From: Candidatus Enterousia sp.
GTDB lineage: Bacteria; Pseudomonadota; Alphaproteobacteria; Rs-D84
Direction of reading: 5' to 3'
DNA length: 64,000 nucleotides
NCBI GenBank assembly: GCA_045616625.1
Contig: JAZLHA010000012.1
Location: 8,873 to 72,872 of the forward strand
In this document: piece after piece, positions 21,569 through 30,975 of the stretch
How positions within the stretch are numbered: the first letter of the stretch is position 1
How the letters are laid out: the number at the start of each line of letters is the position of its first letter
Translations under genes and position numbers: made by a program
Notes under the pieces: generated by a model
What the model saw: only the letters and a program-made list of their open reading frames with translations
What the model was told of the DNA's origin: nothing
Database searches by the model: none

Positions 21569-23354
21569 CTACTTTTAGTGCGTTAATAAATGCGCTTTGT
21601 GGAATTTCTACATTACCGAAAGTCCGCATACGTTTTTTTCCCTCCTTTTGTTTTTCCAGCAACTTACGTTTACGCGTAATATCCCCCCCATAACATTTTG
21701 CTGTCACATCCTTGCGATATGCCGCAATAGTTTCACGTGCAATTATTTTGCCACCGATTGCCGCCTGCAGAGGTATTTTAAATTGATGACGTGGAATTAA
21801 ATCTTTAAGTCGTTCAACAATTTGACGACCGCGTGATTCCGCCACAGACCGATGACAGATAAATGATAACGGTTCAACATTTTCTTCGTTTACCAATATA
21901 GAAACCTTTACCAAATCAGACACTTCATATCCACACACAGAATAATCAAATGATGCATAACCCGATGATATAGATTTCACCCTATCGTAAAAATCAAAAA
22001 CAATTTCCGCCAATGGCAAACGATAAGTCAACACCGCACGATTTCCAACATAAGAAATATTTTCCTGAACCCCGCGTCGCTGGGAACATAATTCCATCAA
22101 CCCGCCCATATATTTATCAGGCATCATAATTGTTGCGCGTACCCATGGTTCTTCAATAGATTCAATTCTGGTTGGGTCTGGCATATCCGCAGGATTTTCC
22201 AAATCCATTTCACCACCACCACGCAGATGAATTTTGTATAACACACTCGGCACAGTATTTATCAGATTCAAATTAAATTCGCGCGATAACCTTTCGCTAA
22301 TAATTTCCATATGCAACAGACCCAAAAATCCACAGCGCAATCCAAAACCCAACGCCGAAGATTTTTCAGTTGTAAACACAAACGATGCATCGTTCAGAGC
22401 CAAACGTTCCGCACTTTCACGCAGGTTTGGATAATCGTCTGCCGACACTGGAAAGAACGAAGAAAACACGACCGGCACAGATGGTTTAAACCCAGGCAAC
22501 GCAACCCCACCACATTTTGAATCAACGATAGTATCACCGACCTTGCAATCGTGAATCGTTTTCATACCTGTAATAATAAAACCAATTTCACCAGTTGATA
22601 ATTCAGAAACATCAACCATTTTCGGTGTAAAGTATCCGATTTTATCAACCGTATATTCCGCGCCCGTTGCGATAAATTTTATTTTCTGACCGCGTTGTAA
22701 TTTACCATCAACAACACGCACCAAAATAACAACACCCAAATAAGAATCATACCAAGAATCAACAAGTAGCGCGCGCGTTGCGGCATTTTCATCACCATTT
22801 GGTGCCGGCAATTTTGCAACAATTTCTTCGAGTAATTCAGGCACCCCAGCACCTGTTTTCCCAGAAACGCACAACGCATCACCCGCATCCAATCCGATAA
22901 CATCAGCAATCTGTTCACGCGTTGATTCAACATCACTGGACGGCAAATCAATTTTATTTAACACCGGCAACATTTCCAAATTATTATCCAACGCCAAATA
23001 AGCATTAGCCAGTGTTTGTGCTTGGACCCCCTGGGTTGCATCAACCAAAATTATTGCACCCTCGCACGCGGCCAAACTGCGTGACACCTCGTACGAAAAG
23101 TCCACATGACCCGGCGTATCCATCAAATTTAATTGGTACACTTCGCCATTTTTAGCACGATAATTCAAACGCACTGTTTGTGCCTTTATCGTGATTCCGC
23201 GTTCGCGTTCAATATCCATAGAATCAAGCACCTGGGCCTTCATTTCGCGCGAATCGAGTCCGCCTGTTATTTCAATCAACCGATCAGACAATGTTGATTT
23301 ACCATGATCAATATGTGCAACAATAGAAAAATTTCTGATGTTTTTTTGATTCAT
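21561..23354 (-). CDS. lepA: Translation elongation factor 4 (LepA)
   Basis: [26 protein letters not shown]...DTPGHVDF... The start was set at ATG 23354; the 42-codon upstream extension in the ORF track is Cys/Trp-rich junk. Confidence 0.95.
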   Translation of the reverse strand: MNQKNIRNFSIVAHIDHGKSTLSDRLIEITGGLDSREMKAQVLDSMDIERERGITIKAQTVRLNYRAKNGEVYQLNLMDTPGHVDFSYEVSRSLAACEGAIILVDATQGVQAQTLANAYLALDNNLEMLPVLNKIDLPSSDVESTREQIADVIGLDAGDALCVSGKTGAGVPELLEEIVAKLPAPNGDENAATRALLVDSWYDSYLGVVILVRVVDGKLQRGQKIKFIATGAEYTVDKIGYFTPKMVDVSELSTGEIGFIITGMKTIHDCKVGDTIVDSKCGGVALPGFKPSVPVVFSSFFPVSADDYPNLRESAERLALNDASFVFTTEKSSALGFGLRCGFLGLLHMEIISERLSREFNLNLINTVPSVLYKIHLRGGGEMDLENPADMPDPTRIESIEEPWVRATIMMPDKYMGGLMELCSQRRGVQENISYVGNRAVLTYRLPLAEIVFDFYDRVKSISSGYASFDYSVCGYEVSDLVKVSILVNEENVEPLSFICHRSVAESRGRQIVERLKDLIPRHQFKIPLQAAIGGKIIARETIAAYRKDVTAKCYGGDITRKRKLLEKQKEGKKRMRTFGNVEIPQSAFINALKVGE

Positions 23355-23413
23355 CAAACAACCTTTACCTGCGGCAATGATACACAAGTATAAGGCATAA
23401 CGCAACCAAAAAA

Positions 23414-23995
23414 TTAAACAATTGCAACGATTCCGATACCAATCAGTGCGGCAACAATTGCGCCAATAGTAATTGGCCAAAAATACTTTTTAACGATGTT
23501 ATTTGCACGTTCTTGAAAGAAATAAAGCAACGCCCCAACAATTGCAAAACGACCTGTTCTGAAAATAGCGGACACAGCAACAAAAATAAGTAAAGGATAA
23601 TTCAAAAACCCCAAACAAATACCTAGTAATTTATAAGGAATCGGTGTAAATGCGGTTGCAACGATAATAAGCACGCCCCATTCATCAACCAATGCGCGCA
23701 CCTGTTCCAAATAAGTAGCGGCATCCATAGATGCGAATTGTTGAATCAACCACGCGCCCACAGAATCAAACAACCACACACCAATTGCATACGCAATTAT
23801 ACCACCAACGATTGAGCCCAGCGAGGCAGCAACCGTTATTGGTAATGCGCGCTTTTTATTTGCGACGATTGCGGGGGTCATAAATACTTCGGGTGGAATG
23901 AACAAGAATACAGATTCAAATACGGTCATTATAAAAACGACCCACCAATAACCACGCGTTTCCGCCTTTGATAATAAGCAATCTACACACTTCAT
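23414..23995 (-). CDS. DedA/YqaA-family membrane protein
   Basis: 193-aa polytopic ORF with ..[19 protein letters not shown].. Confidence 0.7.
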   Translation of the reverse strand: MKCVDCLLSKAETRGYWWVVFIMTVFESVFLFIPPEVFMTPAIVANKKRALPITVAASLGSIVGGIIAYAIGVWLFDSVGAWLIQQFASMDAATYLEQVRALVDEWGVLIIVATAFTPIPYKLLGICLGFLNYPLLIFVAVSAIFRTGRFAIVGALLYFFQERANNIVKKYFWPITIGAIVAALIGIGIVAIV

Positions 23996-24068
23996 AACAA
24001 ATCCTTATAATTTTCTTGATTATATCAGAATATGGGCTACATTACAATCAGAGAAAAGGCATAGAAAA

Positions 24069-24416
24069 ATGCAATCAAGACAAAAAAATTCTAATCGTGG
24101 AAATCGTATAGCATCCAAAGTGCAAACATTGGTTGCGGAAATTTTACGCGACAAATATAGTGATGATAAAATTCTATCGGGTGTATCGATTGTTGATGCA
24201 GATTCGCATGGTGGACTGCAATTTGTAAAACTGTATTACTATTCACACGATGGCAAGTCAGAAACCATTCAGAAAAGATTAGACGAAATTACAAAAACTG
24301 TGCGCTTTGAATTGGGTGCGCGCATGAATCAAAAATATGTTCCAGAAATCAAGTTTGTATATGACGACACATTGGAACGTGCCGCCCGCATTGATGAATT
24401 ATTAAAGAATTTGTAA
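24069..24416 (+). CDS. rbfA: Ribosome-binding factor A
   Basis: 115-aa ORF ..RGNRIASKVQTLVAEILRDK...VPEIKFVYDDTLERAARIDELL. Confidence 0.9.
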   Translation: MQSRQKNSNRGNRIASKVQTLVAEILRDKYSDDKILSGVSIVDADSHGGLQFVKLYYYSHDGKSETIQKRLDEITKTVRFELGARMNQKYVPEIKFVYDDTLERAARIDELLKNL

Positions 24417-24459
24417 AAAATTTTGTCATTGTTTGTGTTGATTTCTAAGCATTTCCCCC

Positions 24460-24558
24460 TTTGTCATTGCGAGGGAACGATGGTGATCGTGACAATCCAG
24501 TGAATATGTCATTATCATTATTACAACTGGATCGCCACGCTGCACTCGCGATGACAAA
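24460..24558. repeat. Palindromic MITE-like intergenic element (gtcattgcgag...ctcgcgatgac type)
   Basis: Outer arms are tttgtcattgcgag and ctcgcgatgacaaa. Inner arms are atccagt (24495) and actggat (24526). Confidence 0.6.
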
Positions 24559-24572
24559 AACGCATACTAAAA

Positions 24573-24597
24573 CAAAAAGCGCCGATACGGCGCTTTA
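24573..24597. terminator. Bidirectional rho-independent terminator (rbfA / OMP gene)
   Basis: agcgccg-ata-cggcgct flanked by A-run and T-run. The better T-tract is on the minus strand. Confidence 0.7.
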
Positions 24598-24612
24598 AAA
24601 ACATTTATATTT

Positions 24613-25461
24613 TTAGAAATTAAATCGCAATCCCAACGATATGGAATTAGATAACATAAAACCGTCTTTGACCTTGGCTGTATATATACCGTCATTACCC
24701 CTATAATCACGTTCATGTGATGTTCCTGTTATTCCTGCCAAACGATAACGCAAATCAAGCGAAACAGTATCGCTTAATGCGGTTGAATAACCAAACATTA
24801 CACCGCCCATAAAGCCGAAACCAACTTTATTTCTATTACTTTCAAGCCAATCAGTTCCAACGACATCAATTGTCATAATTGGCATAGCAACACCAGCACC
24901 AGCACCCAAATACAAACCATTATCAAAGTTGTAATATCCATTTAACATTGCATACGGTGCCTGGACAGCGAATTCACCACCACTATCTTTATCAGACATA
25001 TAACCCAAATACCCAAGTTCTATATCACCGCGCCAATTATTATTAAACCATTTACCAACCGACAGGTTTCCACCGAATACCGGTTTAAAAGAATAAGATT
25101 CTGATTCTTCGGGACCAAAACCATATCCAGGTTCATTTATAGATGCTTTTGCTTTAAAATTCCAAAATGCCAATTCTGCACGGGTAGCGATATACCAATT
25201 ATCACGTTGTGCAAAATCACCGTGTTTATGGTTAGCATGTTCAACATGCTTGATTTTTGGTTCATATATATCATCATACGCGACATTATCATGGTTACGT
25301 ATATCATGACGAATCATTTTATTTTGATGCATTTTATTTTTATGTGTGCGCGTGTTATACATTCCGGAACTACCGGTATCAATAATCGTCACATTAGTCA
25401 AAGTTGCCGCCATAGTATTACAAGACAGCACTGTTAAAATCACAGGAATTATTTTTTTCAT
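24613..25461 (-). CDS. Outer-membrane beta-barrel protein (Omp25/OmpA-like) with a His-rich N-terminal extension
   Basis: GGAGA RBS, then MKKIIPVILTVLS.. signal peptide. Alternating aromatic beta-strand pattern with C-terminal ..SISLGLRFNF. Confidence 0.8.
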   Translation of the reverse strand: MKKIIPVILTVLSCNTMAATLTNVTIIDTGSSGMYNTRTHKNKMHQNKMIRHDIRNHDNVAYDDIYEPKIKHVEHANHKHGDFAQRDNWYIATRAELAFWNFKAKASINEPGYGFGPEESESYSFKPVFGGNLSVGKWFNNNWRGDIELGYLGYMSDKDSGGEFAVQAPYAMLNGYYNFDNGLYLGAGAGVAMPIMTIDVVGTDWLESNRNKVGFGFMGGVMFGYSTALSDTVSLDLRYRLAGITGTSHERDYRGNDGIYTAKVKDGFMLSNSISLGLRFNF

Positions 25462-25487
25462 ATATTTCTCCATTTCTTATCCCACAA

Positions 25488-25516
25488 ATTATAGCACAAA
25501 ACCGAATCGCATACAA
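25488..25516 (-). promoter_or_regulatory. Sigma70-type promoter of the OMP gene with a GANTC palindrome after the -35
   Basis: Minus strand reads TTGTAT, a 17-nt spacer beginning gCGATTCGg, then TATAAT (25493-25488). Confidence 0.5.
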
Positions 25517-25681
25517 ACGATTTTTTATTCTTCCTTTTACAACAAACACAAAGTGTTTTTTGTCATCCCGATGAATATCGGAACTGCAATGAATCCGAAG
25601 CGTAGCGTAGGATACGCAAGCGAAGCGAGCGACACACGAGAAATAAGCATACAAAAAAAGAAAATTCACGGTATATAAATA

Positions 25682-26062
25682 TTATACGTCGTTGTCACGA
25701 ACCTGGTTACCACCACGTTCTATCTTTTCCCATTTAAGTGTAACAACACCATTTTCCACCGTTGCAGTCAGGACATAAACACCATTTGCGGAATCACCAC
25801 TAACCTGGGGTAGTCCAGATAAATCTAAATTAATTTTTTTGGTTGTATCATCAATGGAAATATTGTTCCCAGCATTGGCATCATTGGTAAGTTTTTCCTG
25901 TTTTTTATTATCCAAAGCAGAATATGCACCCTGGACATAAGTATCAGTTGCCAACACCATAGGTTCAGAACCCGTGGTTGGGGTGGTTTCCCCCTCTGCC
26001 ATAGCGACAGCGGGAACAACCAACAAAAACAACAAACCAGCAAAAATTCTACCAAATTTCAC
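25682..26062 (-). CDS. Secreted hypothetical protein (126 aa, GTG start)
   Basis: GAGGAAG RBS, signal peptide MKFGRIFAGLLFLLVVPAVAMA, and a C-terminal module related to the two upstream genes. Confidence 0.65.
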   Translation of the reverse strand: MKFGRIFAGLLFLLVVPAVAMAEGETTPTTGSEPMVLATDTYVQGAYSALDNKKQEKLTNDANAGNNISIDDTTKKINLDLSGLPQVSGDSANGVYVLTATVENGVVTLKWEKIERGGNQVRDNDV

Positions 26063-26085
26063 TATAACTTCCTCTCTGATGACAA

Positions 26086-26114
26086 TTTATACCAAAATTT
26101 TAAATTTAATACAA
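26086..26114 (-). promoter_or_regulatory. Sigma70-type promoter of the 126-aa gene
   Basis: Minus strand reads TTGTAT, a 17-nt spacer, then TATAAA, about 20 nt upstream of the RBS. Confidence 0.4.
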
Positions 26115-26134
26115 ACAAAAAATTTAATTTTTTG

Positions 26135-26168
26135 TAAAAAAAACATGGGGAACAAAATGTCCCCCATG
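26135..26168 (-). terminator. Rho-independent terminator after the 220-aa gene
   Basis: Minus strand reads catggggga-cattttgt-tccccatg followed by tttttttt. Confidence 0.7.
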
Positions 26169-26188
26169 CATTGTAATAATATTACATA

Positions 26189-26851
26189 TTAAAGATCTAC
26201 CCATGTGTCAATCGTATCGACCGGTACCAAAGCACCTGTATTATCAATAACACAAGCAGTTCCACCAGTACACATACCAAGATCTGCTATTGAAGTAGGA
26301 ATATCTGGTGTATCTGTCAAAGAGTTATAACTACCAGTTGTTGCAACGTCTGCCAAAGTTGGTTTGTTTGCGATTGCACTTACACCTGTTGTTGCATTCC
26401 AGTCTGCTTGCACCTGTTCCGGAACATCTGCCGATGTGATAAATCCACTATTATTAGTCAACTGTGATGTTGAAGTAGGAATCGTTGGTGTATCTGTCAA
26501 AGAATTATAACTACCACTTGTTGCAACAGCTGCTAAAGTTGGCTTATTTGCAATAACACCCATACCTTCTGTTGCATTCCAGTCTGCTTGCACCTGTTCC
26601 GGAACATCCGCCGATGTAATAAATCCACTATTATTAGTCAACTGTGATGTTGAAGTAGGAATTGTTGGTTTGTTTGCGATATAACCTTTTTGACCTGATG
26701 TTGCATTCCAGTCACCTTGTTTAGTTGCCCACATTGCAGCATCATCAACGTAACTTTTTGTTGTTAAATAACCGTCATTATCAGCAACAGCATATGCGCC
26801 GGCGATGCTTAAAATGGATGCCATAAATCCAGTAAATAATATTTTTTTCAT
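26189..26851 (-). CDS. Secreted repeat protein with phage-tail-fibre-like motifs (220 aa)
   Basis: Signal peptide MKKILFTGFMASILSIAGAYA. It has 2.3 tandem 60-aa repeats (DWNAT..G.IANKPT / SQLTNNSGFITSADV) and a Cys-containing C-terminal module. Confidence 0.75.
   Translation of the reverse strand: MKKILFTGFMASILSIAGAYAVADNDGYLTTKSYVDDAAMWATKQGDWNATSGQKGYIANKPTIPTSTSQLTNNSGFITSADVPEQVQADWNATEGMGVIANKPTLAAVATSGSYNSLTDTPTIPTSTSQLTNNSGFITSADVPEQVQADWNATTGVSAIANKPTLADVATTGSYNSLTDTPDIPTSIADLGMCTGGTACVIDNTGALVPVDTIDTWVDL
26294..26713. repeat. Tandem 180-bp coding repeats (about 2.3 copies)
   Basis: 26391-26482 and 26571-26662 differ at only about 3 positions. They encode PTIPTSTSQLTNNSGFITSADVPEQVQADWNAT. 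Confidence 0.9.
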
Positions 26852-26964
26852 TTTGTTTCCTTTTGTTCTTTCGTTTTTTTTGTTTTTTTTTGTTTTTTTC
26901 GCACTTAGTTTTAGTTTTTATTCGCTCTTTCCTTTATTTCAATTTGTTTCAATTTTCAATCTCT

Positions 26965-27888
26965 TTAATTCATTTGGTCCTCATCAAATTCATCCACAAC
27001 CGACATTTCTTTCCATGTCTTTGTATCAGTACCATTATCCATCAACATATATGTACATGATGAACCACCGATACATGCTGGAACCTCTGGCATATTTGAC
27101 ACCTGGATATTCTGAATTTGTTGTGATAACCCAGCCTGGGCTGATTCCAAATTATCAACAATTGTGTCAATATAACTGCGATACGCTAACTTTTCCAATT
27201 CCAATGTATCTTTTTGAACATAGCCATCCAACGAAGTATTTAACCCCTCGCTGGTCACCAAATCACGTTCCTGTAATTCTGATGTAACTTGACTTGCCAC
27301 CTGGGTGTTTAAGTCATTAGTTTTTACATACGGATTGGTTATATCATTGGTCAAGAAACCCTTTTTATCCAATTCTGCATAAGTTAAATAATCATCTAAA
27401 TTTAAATCTGCATTCTTTAAATATTCATCTATATCACTGCTGGTGATATAACCAGCCTGTTCCAAATCTGATAATTTATCATGCAGACTTTGGATATCTT
27501 GTTCCAATTCATCAGTTCTGCGCGATGGAGCCCCAGATGTTGAACCAGATGAAGAAGAAGACGATACGATTCCAGCTCCACTTAAATACTTACCAATAGA
27601 CATACGATTTTGGTTATTTCCAGATACTGCCGTCGTTGTACCAGACTTTGCCAGACTATTAGTATTAGAAGAAGATATTGTCGAAACAGATTTTACCGCA
27701 GGTACAGTTCGTACAGACCCAGCACGTAATATACGCGTTCCAGTTTTTGCCCCTGTTGTACCACTACCTATGGATGTGATCCCAGAATATGTTCCAGCAC
27801 CACCCAAAGTCTTAACAGCCGAAGCACCCAACGCTATCGCTGGTAACATAATAACGCCAGAAAAAATTAAACCTATCGCTTTTTTCAA
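26965..27888 (-). CDS. Secreted Ser/Thr/Gly-rich plus coiled-coil protein with tail-fibre-like motifs (307 aa)
   Basis: Signal peptide MKKAIGLIFSGVIMLPAIALGASA. It has a low-complexity S/T/G region, then heptad-like segments with ..GYITSSDIDEYL.., ..LDGYVQKDTL.., and C-terminal ..ACIGGSSCTYMLMDNGTDTKTWKEM.. Confidence 0.7.
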   Translation of the reverse strand: MKKAIGLIFSGVIMLPAIALGASAVKTLGGAGTYSGITSIGSGTTGAKTGTRILRAGSVRTVPAVKSVSTISSSNTNSLAKSGTTTAVSGNNQNRMSIGKYLSGAGIVSSSSSSGSTSGAPSRRTDELEQDIQSLHDKLSDLEQAGYITSSDIDEYLKNADLNLDDYLTYAELDKKGFLTNDITNPYVKTNDLNTQVASQVTSELQERDLVTSEGLNTSLDGYVQKDTLELEKLAYRSYIDTIVDNLESAQAGLSQQIQNIQVSNMPEVPACIGGSSCTYMLMDNGTDTKTWKEMSVVDEFDEDQMN

Positions 27889-28110
27889 AGTGAATTTCCC
27901 TCACATTCTTATCAAATATTATATCATATTTTTAACCCTAAACCAAATTGAAAAGAAAAAATTCAATAATATTTGTTTCACAAAAACAACCAAGATTATT
28001 GGCATACAGCAAGTTTAATAAACAAAGTCAACAAAAAAATTTACATTTTAATACATTTTTTTATGACTTTTTACCCATCACAAAACTTGACCAATATTCT
28101 TTTTTTTACT

Positions 28111-28905
28111 ATGCTAAATCGTATGGAAGAAAAGACCGCTATATCTTTTGCAAATGTTGCCGCCAGTTATGACGATGTGAACGAGGTTTTAACCGATGTT
28201 TCCTTTAATATTCGTCCTGGTGCATTTTATTTTTTATCAGGTCCATCGGGCGCAGGTAAAACAACACTGTTGCGTTTAATATACCAATTACATAAACCTA
28301 TGCGCGGACAAATAAAATTATTTGGTGTTTCGACGGGAGCATTGACACGTGATGACATTGCCAATCTACGTCATAAAATGGCGATTGTATTCCAAGAATA
28401 TTCTTTGCTGTCGCATTTTTCAGTATTTGATAATGTCGCCTTGCCCCTGCGCGTGCGCGGTGTTCGCGAGGATAAAATTAAACAACTGGTGTCCAAGGTG
28501 CTTGATTGGGTTGGCTTGTCAAAATACGCTGATGCAAATCCGAAATCTTTATCAGGCGGACAACAGCAACGCGTTTCGGTTGCGCGCGCAATCATTATTC
28601 AACCGGCTATTCTACTCGCTGACGAACCAACGGGCAATTTGGATGACGAAAATGCATCCAGATTGATGGAACTGTTTATCCAAATGAACAAAATGTTCGG
28701 AACAACTATCATACTCGCTACACATAATAAAAAGTTAATGGAAACTTATAAATTCCCAATTATTCAGATTGATAATCATCATGTGAATTTTTTGGGCGGA
28801 AAAAAATCTGAAACTGATGCAACGAAAAAAATATGGAAGGGTCCAAAACCACAAAACTATTTTAACGAATTATCTAAACAATTTGACGATATTGGAAATA
28901 TATAA
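28111..28905 (+). CDS. ftsE: Cell-division ATP-binding protein FtsE
   Basis: ..FLSGPSGAGKTTLLRLI...LSGGQQQRVSVARAI...LLADEPTGNLD. The start was set at ATG 28111 (alternative 28123); the ORF-track extension was rejected. Confidence 0.88.
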   Translation: MLNRMEEKTAISFANVAASYDDVNEVLTDVSFNIRPGAFYFLSGPSGAGKTTLLRLIYQLHKPMRGQIKLFGVSTGALTRDDIANLRHKMAIVFQEYSLLSHFSVFDNVALPLRVRGVREDKIKQLVSKVLDWVGLSKYADANPKSLSGGQQQRVSVARAIIIQPAILLADEPTGNLDDENASRLMELFIQMNKMFGTTIILATHNKKLMETYKFPIIQIDNHHVNFLGGKKSETDATKKIWKGPKPQNYFNELSKQFDDIGNI

Positions 28906-29745
28906 ATGAGAAAGAAACAAACTGTATTTTCATTGGTGCGTGAACAAAGCAACTTTATGACGGTAATTATTGCGGTACTGACTTTTCTGGCTGTAATTGC
29001 ATTAGGCATTGCATTATCTATCGGAACCGGTGTTGTTCGTTGGAATAATCAATGGCAATCAAATGCAACTATACAAACACTAAATTCCAATTCGGAAAAG
29101 AAAATAGAAAAAATAATCAGCGACAATGACAATATAATAAAATCTGTCCATCGTATTTCTGAATCTGAAATGAAAAATTTGATGAAGTCATGGGTTTCTG
29201 ATAGCAACACAATCCAAAACTATTTGCCAACCATGTGGGAAGTTGAAACCAAATCAGTGTCTAATTTAGAAACTATATCAAACGCATTGCCACGCGATGC
29301 ACGCATGATTACACACGCCAGTGCATTACACAATCAAACATCCACCGGTTGGAAATTGGTTGCAATATCAACCATTGTCTTGGTAATAATGTTGGGGGCG
29401 ATTGGTGCGTGCATTTTATATATTGCGCAAAATACCGCTATATTACACAAACGCGAACTTGAAATACTTAACCAAATCGGCGCAAACGATTCTTTTATCA
29501 CCAAACAAATGAAAATCATTGTCGCCAAAATTTCTGTGCGCGCAACAATGTTGGGATTTTTTGGTGCATTACCTATCCTGTGGTTTATATTGGCAATTGC
29601 ACATGGAACAAGAACAGGATTGATAGCAATGATTGCACTAAATACTTTTAATTGGTGTCTGTTGTGTGCATTGCCAATCGCAATCATTATATTCGCAATA
29701 ACAATCACAAAAAGAACAACCATACATATCCTAGAAAACGAATAA
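28906..29745 (+). CDS. ftsX: Cell-division permease-like protein FtsX
   Basis: 279-aa ORF abutting ftsE, with 4 TM segments and a periplasmic loop. Confidence 0.8.
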   Translation: MRKKQTVFSLVREQSNFMTVIIAVLTFLAVIALGIALSIGTGVVRWNNQWQSNATIQTLNSNSEKKIEKIISDNDNIIKSVHRISESEMKNLMKSWVSDSNTIQNYLPTMWEVETKSVSNLETISNALPRDARMITHASALHNQTSTGWKLVAISTIVLVIMLGAIGACILYIAQNTAILHKRELEILNQIGANDSFITKQMKIIVAKISVRATMLGFFGALPILWFILAIAHGTRTGLIAMIALNTFNWCLLCALPIAIIIFAITITKRTTIHILENE

Positions 29746-30260
29746 TGAAAATTTTAACTCCGTCTTTTTTTGTATTGGGTTTATTCGTACTTGGTGGCTT
29801 TATTTTCAAGGCAACTTCACCAACGACATGCGGCGATATTATGCCAAACGATTCTATATTTGTTTTAACGGGAGATGTTCGCAGAATTCCATTTGCTATA
29901 CGCAAAGCACAAGAATTTCCAAATGCAAATTTATACATAATCGGGGTTGGCGCACAGAATTATAATCTTGCCAATATGCCAAATAACATTCAAATAGAAT
30001 CTGATTCAAAATCAACGTATCAAAACGCACTTGCTATAAAAAAAATCGCAATTGAACACGAACTAAATCGAATTGTTATTATCACAACCGAAGAACATAC
30101 AAACCGTGCGCAATACCTTATTAAATCAGAATTACCAAATACTCATGTCGTATTATGCCCGACAACGCTTACAGGAATGCCAGTCACAAAACGCATTGAA
30201 CGCTGGACAACTGAATATATAAAGTATATTGTCACTATGTTTGGAATTAAAGAAGGCTAA
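29745..30260 (+). CDS. DUF218 (YdcF/ElyC/SanA-like) protein
   Basis: TAATG overlap with ftsX. MKILTPSFFVLGLFVLGGFIF.. then ..IFVLTGDVRRIP...IITTEEHTNRAQ. Confidence 0.65.
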   Translation: MKILTPSFFVLGLFVLGGFIFKATSPTTCGDIMPNDSIFVLTGDVRRIPFAIRKAQEFPNANLYIIGVGAQNYNLANMPNNIQIESDSKSTYQNALAIKKIAIEHELNRIVIITTEEHTNRAQYLIKSELPNTHVVLCPTTLTGMPVTKRIERWTTEYIKYIVTMFGIKEG

Positions 30261-30261
30261 A

Positions 30262-30969
30262 ATGTTAAGAACAATTTTATTTAAAATATCTTTTTTATTA
30301 TTATTTCTGTTGTGGGCACCCGTTATGCTGCTTGCATTGGTATCGCGCAGGTTAACTAGATTTTTTTCTGTACTTATCGCTGCACAATGTTTATTTTTGG
30401 CACGCGTAATCGCCGGTATAAAATACGAAATACACTATCCTGCAACCGAAGAAAATGGTATTCCAATCGTGCCAAACGGTAATACCAGAACAGACGGCAA
30501 ATCTATTATTGCGGCAAAACACATGTCCGCACTAGAGGTTATTATATTAACATATAACATTAAAAATTTCACATTCATTGTGAAACGCGAACTGATGTTT
30601 TTACCGATATATGGTTGGGTATTTTGGCGACTAGGCCTTATTCCAGTAAATAGAAGTCGCGGAAAAACAGATATGCGAAAACTAACCAATATCGTCACAA
30701 CAAAAGTTATGAACGGTTATAAACTTATCATTTTTCCCGAAGGAACCAGAACCGTACCTGGAACGCGACCACAATTAAAACGTGGACTATTATTTTTGGC
30801 AAGTGAACTAAAACTACCTATTACACCCGTTGGAACAGATACCGGTTTATATTGGCCAAAGCGTGGAAAAATAAATCCAGGAACAGCAAATATATATTTT
30901 GAACCAACATTACCGGCCAGCGCAACACTTGAAGAAATAGCAGAGGCAATTAACCGTCACAGCGCATAA
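30262..30969 (+). CDS. plsC: 1-acyl-sn-glycerol-3-phosphate acyltransferase
   Basis: ..IIAAKHMSALEVI.. (HX4D-like region) and ..IFPEGTRT.. Start at ATG 30262. Confidence 0.8.
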   Translation: MLRTILFKISFLLLFLLWAPVMLLALVSRRLTRFFSVLIAAQCLFLARVIAGIKYEIHYPATEENGIPIVPNGNTRTDGKSIIAAKHMSALEVIILTYNIKNFTFIVKRELMFLPIYGWVFWRLGLIPVNRSRGKTDMRKLTNIVTTKVMNGYKLIIFPEGTRTVPGTRPQLKRGLLFLASELKLPITPVGTDTGLYWPKRGKINPGTANIYFEPTLPASATLEEIAEAINRHSA

Positions 30970-30975
30970 TTAAAA

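Noticed and set aside
23355-23480. Long N-terminal extensions offered by the ORF track for lepA. The same applies to rplN (to 3553), rplD (to 7929), acpP (to 20098), dnaN (to 37275), the lipoprotein (to 18081), ftsE (from 27973), uvrC (from 41539), parE (from 45449) and others.
   Set aside because: The conserved protein N-termini and/or good RBS sites sit at internal start codons. The extensions are junk sequence or overlap the neighbouring gene.
25555-25640. A second palindromic element upstream of the OMP gene (tgtcatcccgatgaatatcgg...gcgaagcgagcgac).
   Set aside because: Only a short local hairpin (ccgat/atcgg) is present and no matching outer arms. I treated it as a possible degraded relative and mentioned it under the 24460 finding, not as a feature.
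26294-26713. Regularly spaced near-identical repeats that might suggest a CRISPR array.
   Set aside because: The period is 180 bp. The repeats are in frame inside a 220-aa ORF and the 'spacers' are homologous to each other. There are no cas genes. This is a coding tandem repeat.
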